Below are positions 42,901 to 54,900 of a stretch of DNA of 64,000 bases, one piece after another. Within the stretch, counting starts at the first letter, position 1; each line of letters begins with the position of its first letter. Under the pieces are notes generated by a model. It searched no databases. It was given only the letters and a program-made list of their open reading frames with translations, and was not told the origin of the DNA. Where the stretch lies: positions 682,001 to 746,000 of the forward strand of contig CATNEN010000029.1 of the NCBI GenBank assembly GCA_950097015.1. Reading direction: 5' to 3'. The position numbers were made by a program, and so were the translations under genes. This stretch comes from Macrostomum hystrix. Lineage: Eukaryota; Animalia; Platyhelminthes.

Positions 42901-45900
42901 CCGAGCTAGCTCTAAAGGTAACCAAGATGCTGGTCGAGCTGATGAAGGACAACAGGAAGATTGTGGATCGGATTAGCCACGCGCAGATCGAAGTGTTCGT
43001 TGAACTTCTGCGAAGGAATGAGGTGATGTCGTCTGCTTTGAAAAATGAAACAAATGCAACAACAATGCACCCTTGTTGATTTGGCCCTTCATTTGAAATG
43101 GCGATGGCAAGTTAAAAGTTAAAACTCTCAATAAAAATGGCAACAATTGCAGCATCACAGCTACCTGGAGCTGCTCAAGGTGCTCTGCGTCTGCAATGGT
43201 GTGGCTATCACCGAGAATCAGAACTTCATAGCCCAGAAGTGGCTTCTGGAGGATACAGTAAGCGAAAATTTCTCATAGAACTGTGTTCCACTCAAACATT
43301 CTGCTTCTCCGACTTACCTGAAAACCCATTATGCGCAGACTGTGATTTTTCTGCTAGGCACAATATGTCAGCCAAACAAATGAATAATTAGCCTTTTAAT
43401 TCTCGTCTCAGCCAATAATAGTCAAGTTAAACAGCCATATCAAACCAAATCCACGTCAGCGCGGCGTCTGCATGACCAACCGAGGCCAGAACATAGACAG
43501 GAAGCCCAATGAGACATACGTGAGCTGCGATCAACAGCGAAGCTGGCAGCCACTTGTGGACTTTGTGCAGCCAGACGAGTGCGATACCGAAGGCATCGAG
43601 CGCTGTTTCTTTCTGCGGACTCAACTCGACCTGTTCATTGCTCTGTGCCATGTAAGTCTCAATTCTAAGAAAGTTTTGCTCCTTCTGATATTATCGTCGA
43701 GATATTGTAACAAGGAAGCAGTTTGGACATTGTTCCATGATGACTGTATCATGGATTTCTTGGGTACCAAAAATCGTTGGGACAGCTTAGTAAGAATGAA
43801 AGTACGAGGATAAATTACCAGTACACGTCAAGAGTACGTGATTTCTTTAGTACGTGAGTACTTTAGTACGTGAGTACTTTAGTACGTGAGTACTTTAGTA
43901 CGTGAGTACTTTAGTACGTGAGTACTTTAGTAAGTGAGTACTTTAGTACGTGAGTACTTTCTTAAATTTCAAATCGATCATTCCAATTCAGGGACGTAAC
44001 GAGGACTGCATTCGCCTAATCACCAAAGACCTGTCCTACCTCACCTGGGAGGAGGCCTACCTAGGCCTGTCATCTGAAAGTTTGCCGCACGAGTTTCGCG
44101 CCAAGTATTGCGAGATCGTCATTGGTAAGCGCTGATTGTCCCTGATCTGCTAAAATTGACAGTGCAATATGTATAAAACTATAAATTTAATCTGGGAATT
44201 TGTTCTAATTATATGCCTCACACCCAACCTAGGCTTATTCGTGAACGTCGGCAACAATTACTCAGTAGTGGAGAGCCCCCAGCTGTGCTTCATATACGAA
44301 TATGTAGGCACTAAAGACTTCGGGCTGCAGGCCAGCTCAGCCGAGCATTACGTGAGTATAGTGTGGTGCGGTGAATCGCTCTTTTTTTCAATTAGCTATC
44401 GATTTTGATTGCTTTTGAGCCACTATTTGCACAGTGGGCATCGCGTGGTGGCAGCGGTGCGTTGCGAATGCCGCCGTTAAAAATCTTTGGAGTGTGCGGG
44501 AACTGTGCGGGAATAGATCGATGAATCGATCCGCATATATTGACTGGCCGCCCCATCGATTTGAATCATCTTTCAGCAGCAACATGGCAGAAAAGTTGAA
44601 GGGCCAACGCGTCAAGAGTCTCGGGTATTTAAAGCTGGTTGCGTCTGGCAAGATGTTTCTTTCATTTTTAGCATAGCTTAAGTCGCTGGTTCGACTGTAC
44701 ACCTTCGTTCAATCTGCAGCGCTTACAAAAGAGCGCCCATCAATATACTAAATTCTGGGGAGATTGTGGTTATTCTTCCCCACAGTGTACGGACTATACT
44801 GCTGTCATTTCAGTCTCAATTTGTGATTAAAAACTGCCTAGTACGAGCCGTAATCCAATTAAATGTTGCATATCATGTCAAGGGTGCTGCTCAGTTCTGG
44901 GACCATTGCTACCTGAAGGAGCTAAACCTATATCACATGTTCCCGCGCATAGTGTAACCTAATAACAAAAAAATTCTGCTCGGCACAATCTGCATCGCAA
45001 TGCGCGCTTTAGTTGCTAGGCGAATATGGCGCTATTAGAGAAAAATAAAACTCCAAGTATTAAATAACAGACAATAATAATTGTACTATAAATTAGCAAT
45101 GCGAAATCAGAGCCTCTCTAAATATGTGCAGAAGAGTTTTATGATTTCTGAAATTTTTCTCTTAAGGCCGCCAAGGATCTCGTCACGATCTTCCCGGTGA
45201 TACGCGACTGGATCGCTGAGTTCTTGGACCAGAACCGCATGATGGTGGCCTCCCAGATAGCCAACAACATCCTCATAGAGCAGGTGCTCAAGCTTCTCCA
45301 CTACCTGGTCAAGTTTGGCTACTACGGCGACGTGCACGACCTGGCGCGCCTGCTGCCCTCGCTGAGGAACCTGCTGGATGGGCAGAACGACATCCCGTTC
45401 GCATATGACCGTCTGCCCGTCAGGGGTGAGTTTCTCTTCTTAATCCGAATCCAAATAAAATATAACATTCAAAACTGATCAAGACTGAATCAAAACAAAT
45501 CTCAGAATTCTCCAAAGAGCGCAAGAAGGTTGTCCAGCGCTTCAAGCAGACCGAGCGCTTCCGGCGAAGCCCGGAGACGCAGGCTATTGTGCGGGCCAAG
45601 CACGCCGCCTTGCAGGTGTTGGACCTCGTCATGACTTTCCAGGAAAATGCCAGGCTTGCAGTGAGTTTAAAAGAGCTGTCATATTTTAATAACTTTCCAG
45701 GTCTCAAATTTCAATGTATTTATTGGGCATGAAACTTTCCAACCCGCAGTCCTTCATAAAAAAGTTTAAAGACTGCGAAATGAGCGAAGGAGCCACTCGA
45801 AGGAAGAATGTTCACCCGCTGGTGCCAGCTCTCTACGATTCCTTTGATCCATTTGACACCAGAAAGTGAGTTCGGTTCTTTTACATACTCATTTAGTGCC

Positions 45901-48900
45901 CTAAAAATTCACCTGTGAATCCAAAATTAAAAGTTTTTCTTGCTGCGCCTTTGCACAGGAGCGCATTGCAGCTGCAGAAGAAAATGAAAAAGGAGCTGAG
46001 AATCATGTTCGAAGAGTCGTCGCGCTATGTGGACAGTGTCGCACTGACCTCGATTCTGATTGTAAGACATTTATTCCGGATAATTTAGTTCTTTCTCATT
46101 TATATTAACCTTGTAAATAAGGTTCTATTTTCATCAAATGCACTTCCTCTTCGTCTTACTATGGTTTTTATGCGAAGCTTCTTTGTATTGTTTTTTTTTG
46201 CATATGAAGCTTCTCTTTTTTCTTTTTCAGCACGGGGAGTTTCTCCTCTTTATTCTATTTTAGCACGTGGAGTTTCTCCGCTTAATTCTATTTTTAGCAC
46301 GCGGAGTTACTCCACTTAATTCTATTTTTAGAATGCGGCATTTCTCCTCTTGATCCAATTTTTAGCACGGAGATGTTCACCGCTTAATTCTATTTTTAGC
46401 ATGCGGAGTTTCTCTTCTGTAATTGTGTCATTTTTATATTCTAAGGAATTTAATTCGGGAGATTTCCATTTTGGCAAACATAATTAAACGCCCACAGGAC
46501 CTGGCTCACTACGAGTATGATCCTATGGTGCAGTTGTCTCTTCAGCTGCTTAACAAGCTGCATTCAGCCAAAAGTAGCATGTTCAACCTTGCGGTGAGTT
46601 CTCTTGTACTAATCACGCCGGACTCGTGCCGCGTTCACCGGGAGGTCGGCAAACAGGTGCCACTGCTCAAAATGATGGTGCGCAGCAAGTGGACCTCCGA
46701 TCAGGCTATGAAGATTGAGAACATTCTCAGCGAACTCAGCGAGCTCTGCCACCTGCCCAAGGCAGAGGAAGAGCCGCATCCCATGAATCAGAGGCTGATG
46801 CTCAGCCACAGTGAGTTCCTAAACCTTCTCTGAGACCTAGATTTCCTGTCTCATCTTGGCTTGAAGAAATAGCTTCAGATATCATATAGCACTCTCTCCC
46901 AACCCCATCTGTAAGTCTCCACCTCACTCCTACACCCCCTCACTCCAACATCCACCTCACTCCGATATCCACCTCACTCCTACATCCCCTAACTCCTACA
47001 TCCACCTCACTCCTGCACCCACCTCACTCCTGCACCCACCTCACTCCTGTATTCACCTCACTCCGACATCCACCTCACTCCTGCATCCACCTCACTCCTG
47101 TATTCACCTCACTCCTGCATCCACCTCACTCCTGTATTCACCTCACTCCGACATCCACCTCACTCCTGCATCCACCTCACTCCGACATCCACCTCACTCC
47201 GATGTCCACCTCACTCCTGCATCACCTTGAGGCATCACCTGCATCACCTTACTCCAGAAATCGGTTCATTCTTTATCCAATTTTCTCCTCAACCCACAAT
47301 AAATGAAAAAATGTTTTTATTAAGCACGCATTCGTCTATATTTCCAATGCCACTCGTCCTCAGCGTTGTATTCGACATCCTGTCAACTGAGACGGACGTC
47401 AAACAGCTTCAAATATCATATAGCTCTCTCTCCTTATCCCATCTGTAAGTCTCAGTCCCCATTACAATCTCATACCTGACTCTCCCTCACAGTCCCACTA
47501 CACTATAATTTATTTGACCGTCCTTCTGCAACATGTCTCGCCTACCTTGACCGAATGTTAGACTCTTACGCCAAGTGTTTGCCGGTCCTCTGTCCCTTAT
47601 CATTTTTCTGATTGTTTCGTCGCGCCGCAGAGATTAGCAAACATTTGCCAAGCAGCGCAGACGTCTGAGCAATCAGAAGCGCGAACAAGAGTGCGGCGGT
47701 ATTTTTCGTAAAAAAGGCTTACATAGTCTTACATTTTTCAAGGCTTGGCCGCTATGGAGCTGAGTGCAGTTATTATTTTATGCTGTCTTGCAAATTTCTA
47801 GGCAAGAAATGTCTTCAATCTTAAGATTTCGAACTAGTCAATTACGCTCGTATATGACTAATCCTCGGCATGGAAATTAGATGTCAAATTCTTGTCGGAG
47901 ACCCTATATTCCATGCAATATAATCAAGAACAATAGCCAACATCGTTAATAAATGAAATTTTGTGAGCAGAAAAACTATGCCTATATTGGGTTGGCCACC
48001 GGGAACCCCGATGAGAATCGTAGAATATCTTGACGATGCCGATGTTCTGTGATTCTGGTAGTCCTTTCATCGGATAGAGCAGAAAAGTTTAGCCCGTGTT
48101 CTGGATTTTCAAGGCGATTGGTTGAATATTTTAAGAGATACGAGCTAAAGGAAAAAAACAAAATGTGGGCACTCCACCCACCTCACTCCAGTATCGACCC
48201 ACTCGGACATCCACCTCACTCCGATATCCACCTCACTCCGACATCCACCTCACTCCGACATCCACCTCACTCCGACATCCACCTCACTCCGACATACACC
48301 TCACTCCGACATACACGTCACTCCGACATCCACCTCACTCCGACATCCACCTCACTCCGACATCCACCTTACTCCGACATCCACCTCACTCCGACATCCA
48401 CCTCACTCCGACATCCACCTCACTCCGACATCCACCTCACTCCGACATCCACCTCACTCCGATATCAACCTCACTCCTGCATCCCTTTGAGGAGTGAGTT
48501 AAATATAGATTTCACCTTGCTGCAAAAACCGTTTTATTCTTTATCCAATTTTTTCCTTAACCCACAAGAAATGAACAAATATTTATATATAGCACGTATT
48601 CACCGATATTTCCAATACCACGATTCTGCAATTCTCAGACGTCCTCAGCGTTGTATTCGACATCCTGTCAACTGAGACGGACGTCCAGCTGACTGAAAAG
48701 TATCACGAAACGGTGGGCGTACTCCGTAAAGCTGTCAGGCTGATGAAAGCGCTGACGATGCGCTATGAGGATGTGCAGAACCAGGTGTTTAACAACCTGG
48801 ACAACCTGCTGCGAGTTCGCCTTGTTGAGCCAGACCTGGCCCTGGCGCTCAAGGAGGTGTTCGTCAACAACCAGGAGCTCTGTTTGAAGATCCTTCCCAA

Positions 48901-51900
48901 GCAGATTTCGCGCATTGTTGGCCTGGTGGCGGAGAACCAGGAGCGGGCGCCCGAGTTCTTGGAGCTGCTTTCCGCTATCGTCAAGGTGGAGGGCCCAGGC
49001 CTTGCGCTGAAGCGCAATCAGACGCTGGTTATGAAGTACATCATGCAGAACTACAGCAAGGTTGGCTACGTACTGGAGCAGTGCACGACTAGGGACAGGT
49101 GAGCGAAATCTTGTGGGACTGGGAAACCTAGGAAATGTTTTTTACAAGATAGCTTTGGTGCAGCATTGAGAGATTGCAGCTTGAAGATTGAGCGTGCGTG
49201 TGATAATGTGCACAAGCAAATGTGGAGTCTAAGTCCTATCGAAGTGGGTGTAGGAGTGATGTGGGTTTTGGAGTAATGCGGGTGTAGGAGTGAGGTGGGT
49301 TTTGGAGTAATGCGGGTGTAGGAGTGAGGTGGGTTTTGGAGTAATGCGGGTGTAGGAGTGAGGTGGGTTTTGGAGTAATGCGGGTGTAGGAGTGAGGTGG
49401 GTGTTGGAGTGATGTGGGCGTTGGAGTGATGTGGGCGTTGGAGTGAGGTGGGTGTTGGAGTGATGTGGGTGTTGGAGTGAGGTGGGTGTTGGAGTAATGC
49501 GGGTGTAGGAGTGAGGTGGGTTTTGGAGTAATGCGGGTGTAGGAGTGAGGTGGGTGTTGGAGTGATGTGGGCGTTGGAGTGATGTGGGCGTTGGAGTGAG
49601 GTGGGTGTTGGAGTGATGTGGGTGTTGGAGTGAGGTGGGTGTTGGAGTGAGGTGGGTGTTGGAGTGAGGTGGGTGTAGGAGTGAGGTGGATGTTGGAGTG
49701 ATGTGGGTGTTGGAGTGAGGTGAGTGTTGGAGTGAGGTGGGTGTTGGAGTGAGGTGGGTGTTGGAGTGAGGTGGGTGTTGGAGTGAGGTGGGTGTTGGAG
49801 TGATGTGGGTGTAGGAGTCAGGTGGGTGTAGGAATGAGGTGGTTTTTAAAACTCTAGCACCATTTTGAAGGATGCCACGTCGACATTAGTTGATCTCGCC
49901 TAACCCTTAGGATGGATGTCCTTAACGGCAATCGAGGCGCAAGTCACTGCCAATACTTGATCAGCTTGGTGGACCTTCTGGCCACATGTGCCGAAGGCGA
50001 GAACCGCTACATTGAATCGCTCTGCCAGACAATCATCAGCGTAGAGGAAATCCTGTCGATCCTTAACGATCCCAACGTCGAGAATCACCTGAAGAAGCCG
50101 TTCCTGCGCTACATGTTCTTTGCCTACATGAAAACTAGCGGAAGCACCGCTGAAAACCGGTCGCCAGACATCATTCAGGACAGGTAGGAAAGCCAAATAA
50201 ACGATAAAGCGGAAATCTACTTTCTTGGAAATAGCAGCAGATTTTTCTGTCTTTTAATGGAGCCTGTAGTAGGTGACCATAATTAATTTAAATGAATTCG
50301 CTCGAAGAACAGTGACTAGAGTTTCGGACTTTTGAAGGAGAGGTCGGGAGTTCGAATCCCAGCGTTCCAAATCCCAAAAGACAATAATTAGCGAGAAGGA
50401 GTGAGCTGGGTGGAGGTGAAGGAGTGAGGTGGGTGGTGGGTCGATAAAAACATGCTCATCGTATGTACGAGGGACCCTAAAAATCAATTAAAGAAGGAAT
50501 ACTAAACATAACTTTACCCAAGTTCGATCTTTAGTTTCTAACAATGTACACTATGAATTCATGCTCACAACCTTGATTGCAGATTATTTAGGTCTACAGT
50601 ATTTGAGTGCGCCTGAATAATCAGAAGGTACAATTATAAAATGCACCTAGTAAATAGTAAACGGCTCGTACTTTACTGAATACTTGACAATAAAGTTTAG
50701 ATGTAGCTATTATTAGAAAAGCTTTTGATGTGACCCCCTCCTTAGCTCAAGCACGTGACTTACCTCAGCCAATCAAACGGGGCCATCTCCTAGATCAGCA
50801 GCAGCAGGCGGACTGAGCAAGAGTTACCAGCTGCAGAAGGGCAATCGCAGCAGATTGAAGGACTTGCCAGCACTGGCAATGTCTGCAGCCGGAGCGCCGC
50901 TAGTGGACCGCGCGTTTAAGAGGCGGTATAAAACCCTGCTGAGCTGGGATTGGCTGGGGCGCTTGCCATGCTCGCATTTTCAGCACGGTATGCTTAGATA
51001 AGAGGACGCAATGCTCAAGTTTGATTGGCCACCGAGGTCGAGTCTTTGCTATTTATAGAATATTATCTGGGGGATCCCCTTTAACCCACAGCACGTGGCA
51101 TGACTTGACCTCAGCCAATCAAGTTTCGACCTTGTGTTGCGTGCTCCTACTTTAAGTAGTACTTGATGCAAGAGTCGCCCGCTTGCAATTATGTAGCCGT
51201 GCTTTTTGCTAGAATGCCGGATAGTCGCTCAGAGCACTTTATTTATCCACCGCAAGGCTCGCTTACATAAAAAACAACTAGCAGAATTCTCCCTTCAAAG
51301 CTATAAAGAATTAACCAAAACCTCATAATATATATATGATCAATGTATTCGCATCTAATTGTTGGCCTTTCGGAATATTATTTGGCACTGCAAATTATAT
51401 TAGTGATTTAGCTTTTCAATCATATCAATCATTCAATCATGCATTCCAGTATTCTAATGATTTAATTTACTCATATTTGCTCGCACCCATTTCCCAGGTA
51501 TCAAAGGTAAGTTGATTAAGGTCTATGCGGCACGCAACCTTTTTACCATTATATTCTACTGTTTACATGAATCTAAATTAGTGTACCAGCCAAATTCTAA
51601 TATCGTGTTTGTTTTATCTGTGGGTTTACTACGAGAGAAAATATTTTACCACCCACTCTGATCCCAATCCACTTCACCCCTCTATCCACCTCACTCCACT
51701 ATCCACCTCACTCCACTATCCACCTCACTTCACTATCCACCTCACTCCACTATCCACCTCACTCAACTATCCACCTCACTCCACTATCCACCTCACTCCA
51801 CTATCCACCTCACTCCACTATCCACCTCACTCCACTATCCACCTCATTCAACTATCCACCTCACTCCTCTATCCACCTCACTCCACTATCCACCTCACTC

Positions 51901-54900
51901 CACTATCCACCTCACTCCACTATCCACCTCACTCAACTATCCACCTTACTCAACTATCCACCTCACTCCACTATCCACCTCACTCCACTATCCACCTCAC
52001 TCCACTTTCCACCTCACTCCACTATCCACCTCACTCCACTATCCACCTCACTCCACTATCCACCTCACTCCACTATCCACCTCACTCCACTATCCACCTC
52101 ACTCCACTATCCACCTCACTCCACTTTCCACCTCACTCCACTATCCACCTCACTCCACTTTCCACCTCACTCCACTATCCACCTCACTCCACTTTCCACC
52201 TCACTCCACTTTCCACCTCACTCCACTTTCCACCTCACTCCACTATCCACCTCACTCCACTTTCCACCTCATTCTAAACTTGCCTCGCTGGCTCAGCTGC
52301 CACCTCATACACGAGCAAACTTTTAGATTTTACCATTGTCCTAGTCAGGTGTCCATCTATTGTACATGTGTCTCTGTATATGATTGTCTATATAGTCCGA
52401 AGTATTGATTGATGAACTTTTTGTTTAAAATAATACTGGCAAAAGTGGCAGCGCAGAATTCTTTAAATAGAAATAAACCAGTCAATAAAAACAGGTCATA
52501 TTGCAGATTGCCTATTTTTGCGCACTAATATGAGAGTCTATGAAAGAATGCATGACGATATCAGTGTTGGTGTCGGCTAACACACACCTGAGCAGGTGAC
52601 AATTATCACTGAGGGTTGTGGATCAACTGTCAAGTGGCTTTTGTTGCTAGGCAAGCTCGCAGGTTCTCGGGCTTGCCTTGTGAATTTCCTTATTCGCCGT
52701 TAACTCGACTAAAAACACTTTCATTCGACTCTTGAACAGGCTGATCTGGGAGTACGTCAAGCACTTGACCCTCGAATTTGAGGGCCTCACCAGGTGGATC
52801 AGGAACGACGCCTCGAGGGACACAGTTTATTTCATGTCCATGCGGCTTTTTCCCAAGATGTGAGTTGGCACTTTTTGCTGCGCTTGGTGGGACTCGAGCG
52901 GCTAAAAATAGAATTAGATTCGCTGTTCTAAAAATAGCATTCGGCCGGTTATCCTAACTCATTTTCAATTGTGATGCTGGCGCATTGCAGAATGCGACTG
53001 CACGACACCTGCCCGCTGTGCTCCTCACTGGTGGCTGAGGACGAGAGCAAGCCGCTGAAACTCAATTTGGAAAAGTGCGAATTCGTGTTTTATCACATTC
53101 ATTGTGAACACACCTGTGTCTAATGTGGAGTAGTCACAGTGTCCACAATAACCTTCACTGTGGAGTAGTCACAGTCTCCACAGTAGCCCACACTGTGGGG
53201 TAGTCACAGTGTCCACAATAACCTTCATTGTGGAGTAGTCACAGTCTCCACCGCAGCCCACACTGTGGAGTAGTCACAGTCTCCACCGCAGCCCACACTG
53301 TGGAGTAGTCACAGTCTCCACCGCAGCCCACACTGTGGAATAGTCACAGTCTCCACAATAGTCCACACTGTGGAGTAGTCACAGTCTCCACAATAGTCCA
53401 CACTGTGGGGTAGTCACAGTGTCCACAATAACCTTCATTGTGGAGTAGTCACAGTCTCCACCGCAGCCCACACTGTGGAGTAGTCACAGTCTCCACCGCA
53501 GCCCACACTGTGGAGTAGTCACAGTCTCCACAATAGTCCACACTGTGGAGTAGTCAGTCTCCACAATAGTCCACACTGTAGAGTAGTCACAGTCTCCACA
53601 ATAGTCCACACTGTGGAGTAGTCACAGTCTCCACAATAGTCCACACTGTGGAGTAGTCAGTCTCCACAGTAGTCCACACTGTGGAGTAGTCAGTCTCCAC
53701 AGTAGTCCACACTGTGGAGCACTCTCATCGCCTCGACCGCAACCCGCAGCGCGGTGGTGAAGATGCGGGAAGACGACTTCCGCGGCCACGCCTCGTTGCA
53801 CTACGTCTTCGACGCTGTGCTGCCATTCCTGCAGGCATTCGCTGGCAAATTCTACCAGACAGAGGAAGACAAAGATTCTCATTCCGAGCGGGAATTGTTT
53901 GACCGGCTGACCCTGGCCACTGTCGGGCTGTGCAGCGAGCTGGCCTCGATCGTTGTGGAGCCCCGCATCCTCACCCAGATGGTCACCTGCCTCAGCACCC
54001 TGGTGCGCAGGAGCTCGCACAGGCCCGCGGTGAGCTGCCTTCAATAGTTTTCTATTCGATTTCTTGATTTTCACATATACCTTCTTCTTATGACAATTGA
54101 TCTGTAGGTCATGGAACCTGTTGTTGAGAATATTGGCAAAGGAACAAAGCTGCAGGATACAGTTTCCCAAATGAAATCTGTAAGTTTAGTGCTGAAATGT
54201 TATCGACCCCTTTATTCATGATAAACATTCTAGCATCTCTCACCCAACACCAACCTCACTCCACAACAACCTAACCCAACACCAACCTCACTCCACACTA
54301 ACCTCACTCCACACCAACCTCTGTTCTAGATTCATTTTATTCAAAGAATTCGTGGTTATAACTCCCAACCAACTCACCCCATAGCAACCTCACTCGACTG
54401 CACTAGCCTCACTCAGCACCCACCTCACTCCTTTACACCTCTCTCTACACCAACTTCACCCCACCGCACTACACACTCACCTTACTCCCTGCCCAGCTTA
54501 CTCCTTGCCCAAGTCATCGTCCGCCCTCACTCCCCGCCAACTCAAACCACACCAACCCCACTCCAAATCGATTTCAATAACGTGTGCCGCCAATTTCAGG
54601 GCAACAAGGAGTACTACGAGCAGGAGATCACACTGAACTCCAAGCTGAAGACTCTGGTATTGAACATGAGCATGCTTTGGGGCGGCCAGAATACGGTTAG
54701 GGCCCAGCTAAAGTACAATTCGGACAGAGGTGAGCACTTTTTGTAGCTAATTTAATGAGCCTTTCGAAAAAAAAGTCACCGCCACGTTCACCGAATTCCA
54801 GAGTACACTGTGATCGGCGGAGACGAGGTCCTGCCCTTGGACGAAGAGTTTCAGGAACACGTGCGCTGCTTCATCAATGCGGCTAGTCGCAAACCGGAGG

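Noticed and set aside
53120-53720. 35 bp palindromic repeat (also the 21 bp hairpin repeat at 38380 and the 31 bp repeat at 2414) as a CRISPR array
   Set aside because: Head-to-tail units with no unique spacers, eukaryotic intron context, no cas genes
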